Shown: piece by piece, positions 1 through 10,844 of the stretch
Numbering within the stretch: the first letter of the stretch is position 1
Layout: every line of letters begins with the position of its first letter
Assembly: GCF_006345805.1 (NCBI RefSeq)
Contig: NC_043002.1
Coordinates: 59,768,001 to 59,832,000, forward strand
Direction: 5' to 3'
DNA from: Octopus sinensis
Taxonomy: Eukaryota
DNA length: 64,000 bases
Program-made: the position numbers and the translations under genes
Notes under the pieces: model-generated
What the model was told of the DNA's origin: nothing
Databases searched by the model: none
The model's input: only the letters and a program-made list of their open reading frames with translations

Positions 1-862
1 TGTGTATGTGTGTGTGTGTGTGTGCTTGCGTGTGTTTGTGTGTTGGATTGAAACCATCTCAAACAAAATTTATAGAATTCAACTAGGAAACAAGAACCCA
101 GACTAAAATAAGCAGAACTGATATCAGTCATACATGCAAAAGCTTTCGTAAAACACAGTAAAAAAAAAAAAACATTGGCATAAAACTAAATTAATCAACG
201 AGAATCTTTGATCCCTGTGAAAGCCGAGAAAAACGAAGTATTTTAACCCGTAGCATTAGGTGACAAAACTACAACATTACTTGAAAATAAGGCATTTCGG
301 GGTTATCGAATCAAATATGAGATGTGATTATATTTTATGTTATTTTTTAGGTCCTTAATGAATAATCAGAGAAACAAATTAAAATGTTCGATCTAAATTT
401 CTTTCCATTTGATTAAACAACATCTAAAAGGCTGTAATTATTTTTCGTGAGGAAATAACGTAGCGATAGAAGAGAGAGAGAGAAACGGGTGTGAGTATAA
501 GGAAGAGATATTACCCTGGTTGAAAGCTGAAACTTGTGCGGGTGTATGGGAATTAACAGGTTCTTTTGATACTCATTATGAATTGCTCGGTGAGGTAACT
601 ATAACCTTCCAACTGAAGCAAATATAAAAATTGTAAGATAGTAATTAATATGAAACGAAATCATGATACAAACAGAAAATTGCTGAAAATAATTCCAGTG
701 TTTAAGACAAAGTACAAGGAACTGAACTAAAATAGATCTCGTTTTCCATCACAGTGTTTCATTCTACTGTAAAATAGAACCGTAAGGATGAGTGGGTTGT
801 GGTAATATTCATGCATTTTAGAATTGTTTAACTGAAATAAGATGGTTGCATTAAGAATCAAG

Positions 863-1022
863 ATCGACTCCAGTACCCAACTGTTACTTAATTAATCGAC
901 CCCGAAAGGATGAAAGGCAAAGTCGACCTCGGCGGAATTTGAACTCAGAGCGTAATGACAGACAGAAATCCCACTAAGCGTTTTGCCTGGCGTGCTAACG
1001 TTTTTGCCAGCCCACTGCCTTA
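863..1022 (-). mobile_element. tRNA-derived SINE, family A (central gtcgactttgcctttcatcctttcggggtcgat domain)
   Basis: Reverse complement reads ggcagtgggctggcaaaaacgttagcacgccaggc...tgagttcaaattccgccgaggtcgactttgcctttcatcctttcggggtcgatt; A/B-box-like motifs; many copies in window. Confidence 0.8.
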
Positions 1023-2129
1023 ATGAACAAGTGATATTAATATGTGAAGGAAAATGTGAGTGCGGTGTTGCATAGGGGCGTGAGGAAAAATCTGGTGTTT
1101 TGATCAAAGGACTTCGGAAACGACGACCTGGGAACTAAATTGTTGAATTGTTACTATGGGTGTGTACTCTGAATTTAGTAACAATCCACTTGTTCTATGA
1201 TGAAAAACGTCCCACCTTGAAAAATGAAGTTCTTGCTAAGTCTTGCAAGTTGGCAGAATCGTTAACACGCTGGGTAAAATACTCAGCGTCGATTCATCTG
1301 TCTTTATGTTCTGAGTTCAAAATCTGCTGAGGTTGACTTAGCCTTTCATCTTTGGAGACCGATAAAAAAGGGTAAGGTAAGATTTATTTCAGACGTAGCT
1401 GTAGCACGTGGTTTAGCAACGCATTAGTTATAGTTATTGCCTTGGCTTCTTTCGTAGATGAATTTCAAGAAGGAGAGAAAAACGCGAGTCTGGTTTATAA
1501 GAAGGTTGTTTAGTCAATGCCATCAATCGCAGGGCTTGATTAGACAGTAACGGCAACCCCTGGACTTTGCTGTTTTCATTTCCAGAAATTATAGGGGCAG
1601 TTACTCAATCTCCATGGTGTATATGTGATAAAGAGCACGATACACTGCGCCTTCATCCACAGACTTGAGAAGTATGTCCTTTCACGTGCCTCGTAAGGGT
1701 GAGATGCAAGGTGTAAATCGACGGGATTTTAGCACAGAACACAACCACTGTTTCGTAGTTGCCTGTTCTTCAAAAAAATATCCCACTCCTTATGAAGCCT
1801 GATTTTAGTCAAAACCCATATTGGCATCTGTGAATTATGATGGAGATATGGTATAATATCGTAATAGATATACATTGTCGGCGGAAAATACATTTTATTG
1901 AGTTTTAGCTTTGAAACAGGCCGACGCTTGATGGTGGCAGATGTGAAACGAACAGAAACTGCAATAAACTAGGATTTACAATTTCATTCCTTGTCTCATG
2001 GAACCATTCGAATATATATACCATCTCATGTCGGTTGAATGACATCTGCACATATCAATTTGCAGGTAGGAATACATACATACATACATACATACATACA
2101 TACATACGTACATACTACAATGATGTATG

Positions 2130-2162
<33 letters not shown>

Positions 2163-2499
2163 TATCGTTATGAATGTGTATTGCTTTTATGTGTGTCTAT
2201 ATACATGTCAGCATGATTATAAATTAGTTCCAAGTCTATGTATATGCCTTTCTGGATGTCTATCTATGTATATATTTATCTATGCACTTACAGAATATCT
2301 ACATTCTGTACAAAGGGGCTAGGAATAAAGTGAGTTGATAATGGGGTAGCGATTCATGTCAGAAATGGGGTGATAATGTGGAGCGATTCATATAAAATCA
2401 ACAAAAAATTGGGTTCCCTAGGTTAAGTTTTATTTGTGAAATACAGTTGTTTTGAATTTGCTTCAGAAAGCAGTCTATGTTTGTGATTGTTAGTTGGGG

Positions 2500-2566
2500 T
2501 GGAGGCGCTAGGAATGTGACCCGGAGTGTCAAGGGGCGGCGGCCCGAAAAAGTTTGGGAACCACTG
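2500..2566. mobile_element. hAT (Charlie-like) transposon/MITE terminus
   Basis: Ends in gtttgggaaccactg (2552-2566), the reverse complement of a CAGTGGTTCCCAAAC-type hAT TIR; the partner terminus was not found. Confidence 0.45.
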
Positions 2567-2604
2567 CATTGCATAAATAAACAGATAAAGAATTATGCAT
2601 ATAT

Positions 2605-3575
2605 GACAACAGATATCTCACACATGACTGCAGCTGCCCTTGCTAGCTATGCAGATGACACAAAAGTTTCTCAGGCAATACAAAATCCTGGAAATATTGC
2701 GCATCTGCAACGGGATTTGCACGCAATATTCAGGTGGGCTGAGGAAAAAAACCTGCAATGAAATGCAGGAAAATTCCAAGCTCTGCGCTACCAGCACACA
2801 AAGTTAAACATCATGCAGGCAAGATACACTGGCCCGGGAGGGACTGCAATCCCTGAACCAGAATCAGTGCCTGACCTGATCATTGACATGAGCAATGATT
2901 ACCAATTTGACGATAAATTGCAGATGGTTAGCTGGATAGATCATCCGATTTTCTAAAACGAGAGAAAGGGGGACGATGAGGACACACCTCCTCAGCCCCT
3001 TGGACTACTGCTCCCAAATATGGTCACCACACAATATAAAATTAACGGCGGAACTCAAAATAATCCAACGAGGTTACACAAAGAAAATAGTCTCAATGCA
3101 ACGTAGTAGCTACTGGGAAAGAATGAAAGAGTTAAAACTCTTCTCCTTAGAACGAAGGTGTGAAAGATATGCTGTGATATACATCTAGAAAATCCAGGAA
3201 GAACTTGTACCAAACGTTGGTATTGAAAGTTACACAAACAGCAGAAAGGGGTGCCAAAGCACAGTGCCAAAGGTCCCAGTTTCTTCATCAAAATACAGGT
3301 CCAGATACTGTAATAGCTTAGGTTTCAATGGTCCACAGCTCTTAAATATCCTTCCGAAATGCCTGAGAGATCTGCATGGTGTGGACGTAGGTGTCTTCAA
3401 AACAAATCCGGATTTCCTCCTGTCAAGTGTTCCAGATTAACCTACCTCACGGCAGGAAACACAGATGAGGGCAGCGGCATCACACTCCCTCATTTACCAA
3501 TGTTCCCATATCAGACGTGATTTGAAATAATGGCGTAGCAAAACTAGCAGTGGTGTCCCAGCATGATAACTGAAA
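2605..3575 (+). mobile_element. CR1-group LINE, degenerate 5'-truncated 3' fragment (RT C-terminus and tail)
   Basis: Frames give ASYADDTKVSQAIQN, LSPLDYCSQIWSP, LFSLERRCERYAVIYI, matching the ORF at 10924-12219; multiple stops and frameshifts; tail ggtgtccccagcatg...ctgaaac. Confidence 0.88.
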
Positions 3576-3611
3576 CATTTAAAGGTATTAATGATACACA
3601 CACACACACAC

Positions 3612-4412
3612 ACAGATCCCTGGCCTGACAGTGCTATCGAGAAGCGCTACTCGTTCGGGATAAGCTCTACAGGCATGGCTCGAGAAACACGGAGCCGACG
3701 TGTCCGAGACGCGGTCAGAGCGACGAGACCGTCATGCACGCACTCGCACTGTGTCCAACCATTTCCGGCCTGTGGGCCTATATCGAACGACTGCTACCGG
3801 GTGTGGAATGAGTCGGTTTATCAACCGAGTCTATCGTGAATATTGTCGCGCCTTCTTCCTTGAAACGAGAAGGAAGAGCCATTTTCATCGTACTTGTGGC
3901 TATGGAATGTATATAGTGGACGCGTCTGAAAGGTCTAGAGACAATCACTTACCTGTCTGGTCAATCTCTCATCAACTTCTTCAAGTATCACTTGAAGAGG
4001 AAGGTAAGAGTAGAGAGGACATTTTCGCCAAGTGAGTGCTTCAAAAAAAGATGGGTGAATGTAGCATGGATGACACGTTTGAATGACGTAGCCAGTTTGA
4101 GTTTAATCCTATGAACCAGAAAAAGAAAGGAAAAAAGAGAGTCACTTACTGTAATGTGTTTTTTGCATGACATTATTGCCCAAGGTTATTGTGGTCTTTT
4201 CCGTAGGCTTTTCTCTCCATGGATAAACCTAATCTGCTTTCCTTTGTTATATTGACATTTCTGTAATACACGATCCCTATTGATCGGCTTTACTTTCCAC
4301 GATCCCTTTTGATCGAAATTCGACCCACTTTTTTTCTCTTTACCCAAATAGAAAATCTCTACTTTGTATTTTGTCCCCACTGTGTTCAGCCCTGTGTGGC
4401 CAATAAAGAAAC
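3612..4412 (+). mobile_element. Tx1/L1-clade LINE 3' end (C-terminal CCHC zinc-finger region and 3' UTR)
   Basis: Translation PTCPRRGQSDETVMHALALCPTISGLWAYIERLL is a decayed CxxC-x7-H-x4-C finger typical of L1/Tx1 ORF2; ends ...cagccctgtgtggccaataaagaaa before a (CTAT)n tract. Confidence 0.72.
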
Positions 4413-4413
4413 A

Positions 4414-4830
<417 letters not shown>

Positions 4831-5587
4831 TTTTTACTTTATGCTTATCAGTATTCTTAAGTATCTCTCCTTCAGTTTATTTCTACACAGATGTATCCAT
4901 CCATCTCTTCACACTTTATCTCTCCCCTCTCTTTGTCTATCTTTCTACCTATTTTCCAATACATCTGATTGTCTGTGTAACAAGGCTCTAGTCCAACAAC
5001 GATAAATACTAAGATAAACCAAATAGAGACAATCTTTTCCTCTATATTTATTGCCGAAACTGAGCCAAATTTCAACCAACATCTAATCAGAGTTACGAAT
5101 TAAAAGCTCCCTAGCGAGAATCTAACGAAGCCATTTTAAAGTATGTGCTTTTCAATTGCTTATTCTCAATCCGTTATTACTATTTTCTCTTGACGAAATC
5201 GCATCACATGGAATTTATCTTCCGAGTAGCGTTTTTTTTTTCTTTCCTTCTCTCTTCTCCTATTCAAGTTCGACCACGTGTTTGTTTCCTGTGCTATGCT
5301 ATTTATTGACCGGTCTTTCTAACTTATTTACTCTGTTCATATGATGTGTTGTTTTTGTCACTCTCAATGAAAAGCGACTATTAAGTCCGTCACTATTCCA
5401 ACATATTCCCTTTTATGATTACTCTAAAAGTTATGTTAGCAGAATAGTTAGAGTCGTAAAAAGGATTTGGAACGTTACATGCCAAGTACAAATACCATGA
5501 AGGTCGACTTGGCATTTAATCATTTCGGAGGTTGAGAAAATAAAGGGCCAGTAAGTAATTTCGTCGATGTTGGCAATGAAATAATTA

Positions 5588-5760
5588 AGCGTAGGCGTAG
5601 CTGTGTGGTAGGAAATCTGCCTCTCAATTATTGGTTTACGGGTTGAATCTCATTGTGTGCCAACCTGGGCAAGTGTCTTCTAATATAGCCTCATACTATA
5701 GTAGATAAATGCCTAGCGAGTGGATTTGGTAGCCGGAATCTAATACAAGCCATTCATATA
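5588..5760 (+). mobile_element. tRNA-derived CORE-type SINE, family B (degenerate)
   Basis: agcgtaggcgtagctgtgtggtagg...acctgggcaagtgtcttctaatatagcc...gtggatttggtag; CORE-like ccttgggcaagt motif. Confidence 0.75.
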
Positions 5761-5789
5761 TCTCTCTCAGCGTTCACTAGTTTTTCCCC

Positions 5790-6670
5790 TCGTTCAGGTC
5801 TAACGAACCTCCCAAGCTAACCTGTCATATCTATCGGCTTTTGTTTATCCTTTATCGCATATCTTGTTGTCAGATGGGCATGGTATATTTATGATCCAGC
5901 ATAGTTTGCTTCGTTCCCAATTTACACTATATCTGGTTTCCTATTCTCTGTTTTAATCATGAAATCCTATAGTATCTTTGCATTATTATTTTTGAGGATG
6001 CCTTGGGATATATGTTCGTACCACTTTTTTGCTCTGTCAACTCTCTTTCCGGTTTTAAATCACTTTTAGTCATCCATAGCCAACTTTTTTCTCTGTCCCT
6101 ATAACATTTTCCATGCATTCTTTTTTTATCCTCCTATTTTCTGTTTCCTTCATTCTCAACTGCTTGTGCAGTGCTTTATCTTTGCAATATTTCATCCTAC
6201 ACAAGTCTGACTTTCTCACTGCCAATAATAGTGGTTCTGTGGCATTTTCTACATAACATGCTATGTTGTTTTCTTCTGCTCTAACGCTGTATTCGCTTCC
6301 AATCAGTCCTCTTCCCCCTATTTGTCTTGGTATATACAGTCTGTCTGAAATAATTTTTGAGTGGAGTGTCCCATATCTAGACAGCAACCTCCTTGCCTTT
6401 CTGTCTAAGCTGTTTAGTCCGTCAACTGTCCTTGCGATTAACCCTGCTCCATATCTAACGATTGAAACCGCCCAGGTGTTGATAGCTTCAATCTTATTCC
6501 GTCGTTTAATTTCGGCTTCAGGGTCAGTTTCAGTCTGCGCAAGTACTCCATCTTAAATTTTTCTTTCCGTTTTTTATCCATCAATTTATCCATTTCCAAT
6601 ATCCCCAAGTACTTAAATCCCGTCTCTTCTATCTGCTTCACAACCTCCCCCGACGTTATCACTAGCCCGT
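5790..6670 (-). mobile_element. R4/Dong-like (RLE-type) non-LTR retrotransposon fragment, RT C-terminus to endonuclease
   Basis: Minus-strand frames FKYLGILE, YLRRLKLTLK, LYIPRQIGGRGL, and a decayed ILWDF..TD..KPDIV..IIDI.CP region; frameshifted. Confidence 0.8.
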
Positions 6671-6704
6671 CAGCCCAGGCTATTATTATTATTATTATTA
6701 TTGG

Positions 6705-6741
<37 letters not shown>

Positions 6742-6742
6742 A

Positions 6743-7185
6743 TAAAGGCGGCGAGCTGGTGGAATCGATAACACGTCTGGCGAGTTGTGTGACGGCATTT
6801 CTCCCGTTGCTACGTTCCGAGTTTAAGTTCCGCCGAGGTTGACTTTGCTTTTCATCATTTCGGAGTCGACAAATTCAGTACCAGTTGAGTACTGAGGTTG
6901 GTGTAATCGACTTAATCCCTCGCCACCAAATTTCAGCCCTTTTGACTTTAGTAGAAACGATTATTGTTATTATTATTAAGACGGCGTGCTGGCAGAATCG
7001 TTAGCTTAGTAGCATTTCGACCGTCTCTGTACGTCCTGAGTGCAAATTCCACCGAAGTCCACTTTGCTTTTCATCCTTTCGGGGTTGATGAATTAAGTAC
7101 CAGTGCAATACTGCGGTCGATGCAATTGACTAGCGCTCGCCTCTCATTTCAGGCCTTGTGCCTCTTGCAGACAGGATTATAATTA
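6743..7185 (+). mobile_element. Two tandem family A SINE copies (about 6743-6965 and 6979-7185) with aggccttgtg...gattatt tails
   Basis: ggcggcgagctggtggaatcg and gacggcgtgctggcagaatcgttagc heads, shared central domain, (ATT)n-type ends. Confidence 0.8.
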
Positions 7186-7403
7186 TTATGGTCGAATTGT
7201 CAGAAAGACAATAAGTAACGAATGGTATGCATGCAGAAATAGGTACATTACATTTACATTAGTAAGGTAAGTGTACGTGTGACTATACATATGTAACGTG
7301 GTATATATACGTACAAATATTTATATCTACGCACATATACGCATTTACATAATATACATATGTATGTATATATGTATGTCTGTATCCCCCTCTCCACCAC
7401 CAC

Positions 7404-7464
<61 letters not shown>

Positions 7465-8670
7465 ATTCAAAATTTCATATTCACAATCGAGATAGATAGA
7501 ATAAGTGCCAGGTCTACAAAGAATAAGTCTACGGGTCGATTTCTTCGACTAAAACGGCGGTGGTGCTCCAGCATGGCCGCCGTCGAAATGACTGAAACAA
7601 GTAAAATAATGAAAGAATATCAGTATATTGGTGTATATATGCAAATATATGCTCCTGTTGACACACAAACAGACATATAGGTATATATATATATATATAT
7701 ACACACACGTAGATGGGGAGGGAAACGTGAGGAAAACAGACAGAGAGACAGAGAGACTGATATAATGGAACTTAAATAGGTGAGAAGCAGTAATATAAAG
7801 AGAAATCTCTCCGTGCCTCTTATTTTCTATTATAGTCTGTACAGCAATTTGTATTGTTAAAACGGAGTTGCTCCAACATTGTTCAACTGATGAATTCACT
7901 TCGTTAGTTTTACAGCCTCCAAGATATAATATATTCTGCTAATTAACGTGAAATTCATTGTATAAGACTATTTTTGGCAATGCACATATATCATAACTAA
8001 GTAAGGAAAGTCGATAAATAATGGAAAGGATGAAAATAAAGAAATAACGAATTATGTTACTCGCTAAACAAAAGAAGAAAAGCTTTTGTAAAATATACAG
8101 CGATCTCAGCGAATCTTTAATTTTTCTTAGCCGTTTTTCCCCCCACGGTAACTTTGATGAAATATATGTGAATGATTATATATACTAAACTATAAGTTAT
8201 ACGTTGTTCATTATAGGTCATTCAAAGTATACATAGTTCCTGCTCTAAATGTTCTCTGGACTTTACTGACCAGTTGATTTTCGTAGTTGCTTTGTGATTC
8301 GCCCAGAATATCAATTTTTTTTTTCCTCCAATAGAAAAGTGCAAAGTATTGATATTGAAATTCCACTGATCGCATTTCCTGAAAGGTGGAGGATTGGGCT
8401 ATGAAGAAATAAAATATTTCTTGCTTGTAGATCAACCGTGTTTATGCATTGGCATTTTGACTGCCAGATCGACCACCAGACTTTGAAAGCGTAAGAATCA
8501 GCTTCTTTAAGTTGCGATGCATATTTCGATAAGCAAATTGCAGGCTTCTTTTACGGGTATTTAAGCGAAATTTCCGTGCACTTAATGATTACTTCGTTTC
8601 TATCTTTTCCCTTGGTGCCCGCTTTTTCTCTTCAACGCATTTACTATGATTATTAATACATGTGTACATT

Positions 8671-8707
8671 AGGCGCAGGAATGGCTGAGTGGTAAGAAGC
8701 TTGCTTC
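8671..8707 (+). mobile_element. Family B SINE 5' head, interrupted; remainder at 10615-10755
   Basis: aggcgcaggaatggctgagtggtaagaagcttgcttc stops abruptly; the SINE resumes at 10615 (aagtaacttgcttcccaagcacatggtttcggttcagtcc...). Confidence 0.85.
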
Positions 8708-10614
8708 GTGCTCATGCGCTGGTCAGTGTTTTCTTTGCACTGCTAGGAGTCACGTCGTTGTACGCCAACATCGCGAATTGTTGAACAAGTAAAGCACAAC
8801 CACCAGATAAGTCATTTGTGTTTTTTTTTGGTTGGGAGGATTCAGTAGGGGTTTGTCGCTCGTGTTTATTTATTTTTTTCGAACAAGAAATATCCACTGA
8901 GCTCCACGCATCTGTCTGAATGTAGTTGTGTTTAAAGTCTCACTTAGCGGTGAGAAGTGTGTTTTGGGGGCGTATCCCTCCTCCTAAATATGCTTATTTT
9001 TTTTGCCACTTTTGTTTGCCCTTACCAAGAGGATTACCGAGTTTCTTGTTATCTTCCTTTCTTCCAGCATTTTTCTTGTTTTGAACTCTGTGTACTTATG
9101 TTTTTAGTGAAATTTTTTAACAAAAATAAAACATGGCAAAGAAGACAAAAAAGCACTGCGATGGAGTGGGAGATTGTCCCACCCAAACAGTGGATGAAAG
9201 ACTTTCAAGAGAGGACGGTGGTGTCAAGGACATACTCAAAGTCGATCGACACCATCGCCCTCTTTCAAGAGACTCAAATTGAAAAAGAGTTTGCAGAGTA
9301 TTTGCTAACAATTAAATACACCTCCAGTGGGGTTAAATATGCAACGGTGTTGTTGCTATTTGACACCCCTGAGAAGGCTCGCAAATTTGTGAACCAGCCC
9401 TTAGAGGGCAAAGGGTTTTTGTTTCTTCCCATGTATGGTGGGAAGAAGTTGGCAAGAGTTTGGGTCCGCGTGTTGCCACCCAGAATAGAACCCACGTGGA
9501 TAGAGGATACTATCCGCTGGTGTCTGACTGGCAGCAGATCCAAGCTGCTTAATGTTCAAATTTTGCCGGCGGCTGATTGGGTTGGATCCAAAGCTGCTTT
9601 GACCCTGTGGACCCAATCAGCCAAGAATATGGTATTCCAAGATTTTTTGAAAATGACCGGGTGCAGGTACCCAGTAAAGCTTGGAACCGGGCCACATCAA
9701 AAAGAAATGTCACTAGGACCAGAGTAGCGTCCTAGAACAGTTGGTTGTGGAAGATCACCCTCTTCCTCCGGAGGAAGAGATGGAGGTAGTCGAGGAGGCA
9801 TGGACCTCCCCGCACAAAAGGGAAAAAAGGAAGAAGGTGAGCAACAATGGTTGTTCACCGAATGACCCTAAAGCTGCGGGAGAGAGCGATGAACCTCCGG
9901 TTGAAGCGAAGGAACCACCCCTTCCCGTATCAAAGACAATTAAGAAGAAAAAGAATGGGACAGTGCAGGCGGTTTGCAGTACACTGCCGGTATGTCCTGA
10001 AACCTCGTCGGTGGGAATCGTGCCACCGACGGAGGAAACTGTGTAATACGTAAGGAATTTGTGATCTTCTTTCTTAAGGGAGAACTTTATGAGGAATTTT
10101 GAAGGTCGGGATCAGGCGGTTCTGACCTGCATTGGTAGCCCGGATCGGCCTTCGCAGCAACCTGCGGAGGTCATAGAGGACAATTATTTCTATAGGGTGA
10201 TGGATTCGTTTACTAAGGAAGAATATAATTATCTTTTGTGGGACCCCGGCTTCCGACTGCAGGATTGCTTGCAGGCGGCAAGAGACTTAATTGGGGAGGT
10301 AGAGTATGCGGTCTTAGCGCTTCGATTAGAACTTGGAGATTGGTAAGAGGCTTAGCACCTCAAGTTGAATATTTTCTGAACTTTTTTGATTGATAAGAGG
10401 CTCACCGCCTCAATTTGTAATTATTGTAAGAGGTTCAACACCTCATTTGTGTTTTTTAAAAACAGAACAATGATATCAGGAAGTAAAAATCAACGGGCGT
10501 TGGCTGCTTCCCCCACTAACCATCTCTTTTTTCATTCCATCATCATAAATGTGTCTCTGTCCAGCTCGCAAACTCTATTCTGTATTATGCCTTGATGGCA
10601 AATGTAATGAAATA
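8708..10614 (+). mobile_element. ORF1/gag-only Tx1/L1-like retroelement (HAL1-like), about 1.9 kb, with 14-bp TSD
   Basis: Flanked by aagaagcttgcttc (8694-8707) and aagtaacttgcttc (10615-10628); decayed ORF (9133/9161-10346) with RVWVRVLPP and a remnant zinc knuckle (EPGHIKKKC); no endonuclease or RT; A-rich end atgaaata. Confidence 0.75.
9161..10346 (+). pseudogene. Retroelement ORF1 (gag-like) protein, disrupted
   Basis: ORF track segments 8957-9727, 9741-10046, 10089-10346; the N-terminal ~65 aa align at about 60% identity (hand count) with the minus-strand ORF at 46028-46288. Confidence 0.65.
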
Positions 10615-10755
10615 AAGTAACTTGCTTCCCAAGCACATGGTTTCGGTTCAGTCCACTGCGTGGCACCTTTCACAAGTGTTTTCTACTATAGGCTCGGGCC
10701 GACCAAAGCCTTGTGGGTGGATTTGGTAGACGGAAACTGAAAGAAGCCCGTCGTA
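10615..10755 (+). mobile_element. Family B SINE, 3' remainder of the interrupted copy
   Basis: cacatggtttcggttcagtccactgcgtggcacc...gggccgaccaaagccttgtgggtggatttggtagacggaaactgaaagaagcccgtcg. Confidence 0.88.
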
Positions 10756-10781
10756 TATGTATATGCATATGTATATGTATG

Positions 10782-10815
<34 letters not shown>

Positions 10816-10844
10816 TGTATGTATCTATTTTATTTATTTATTTA

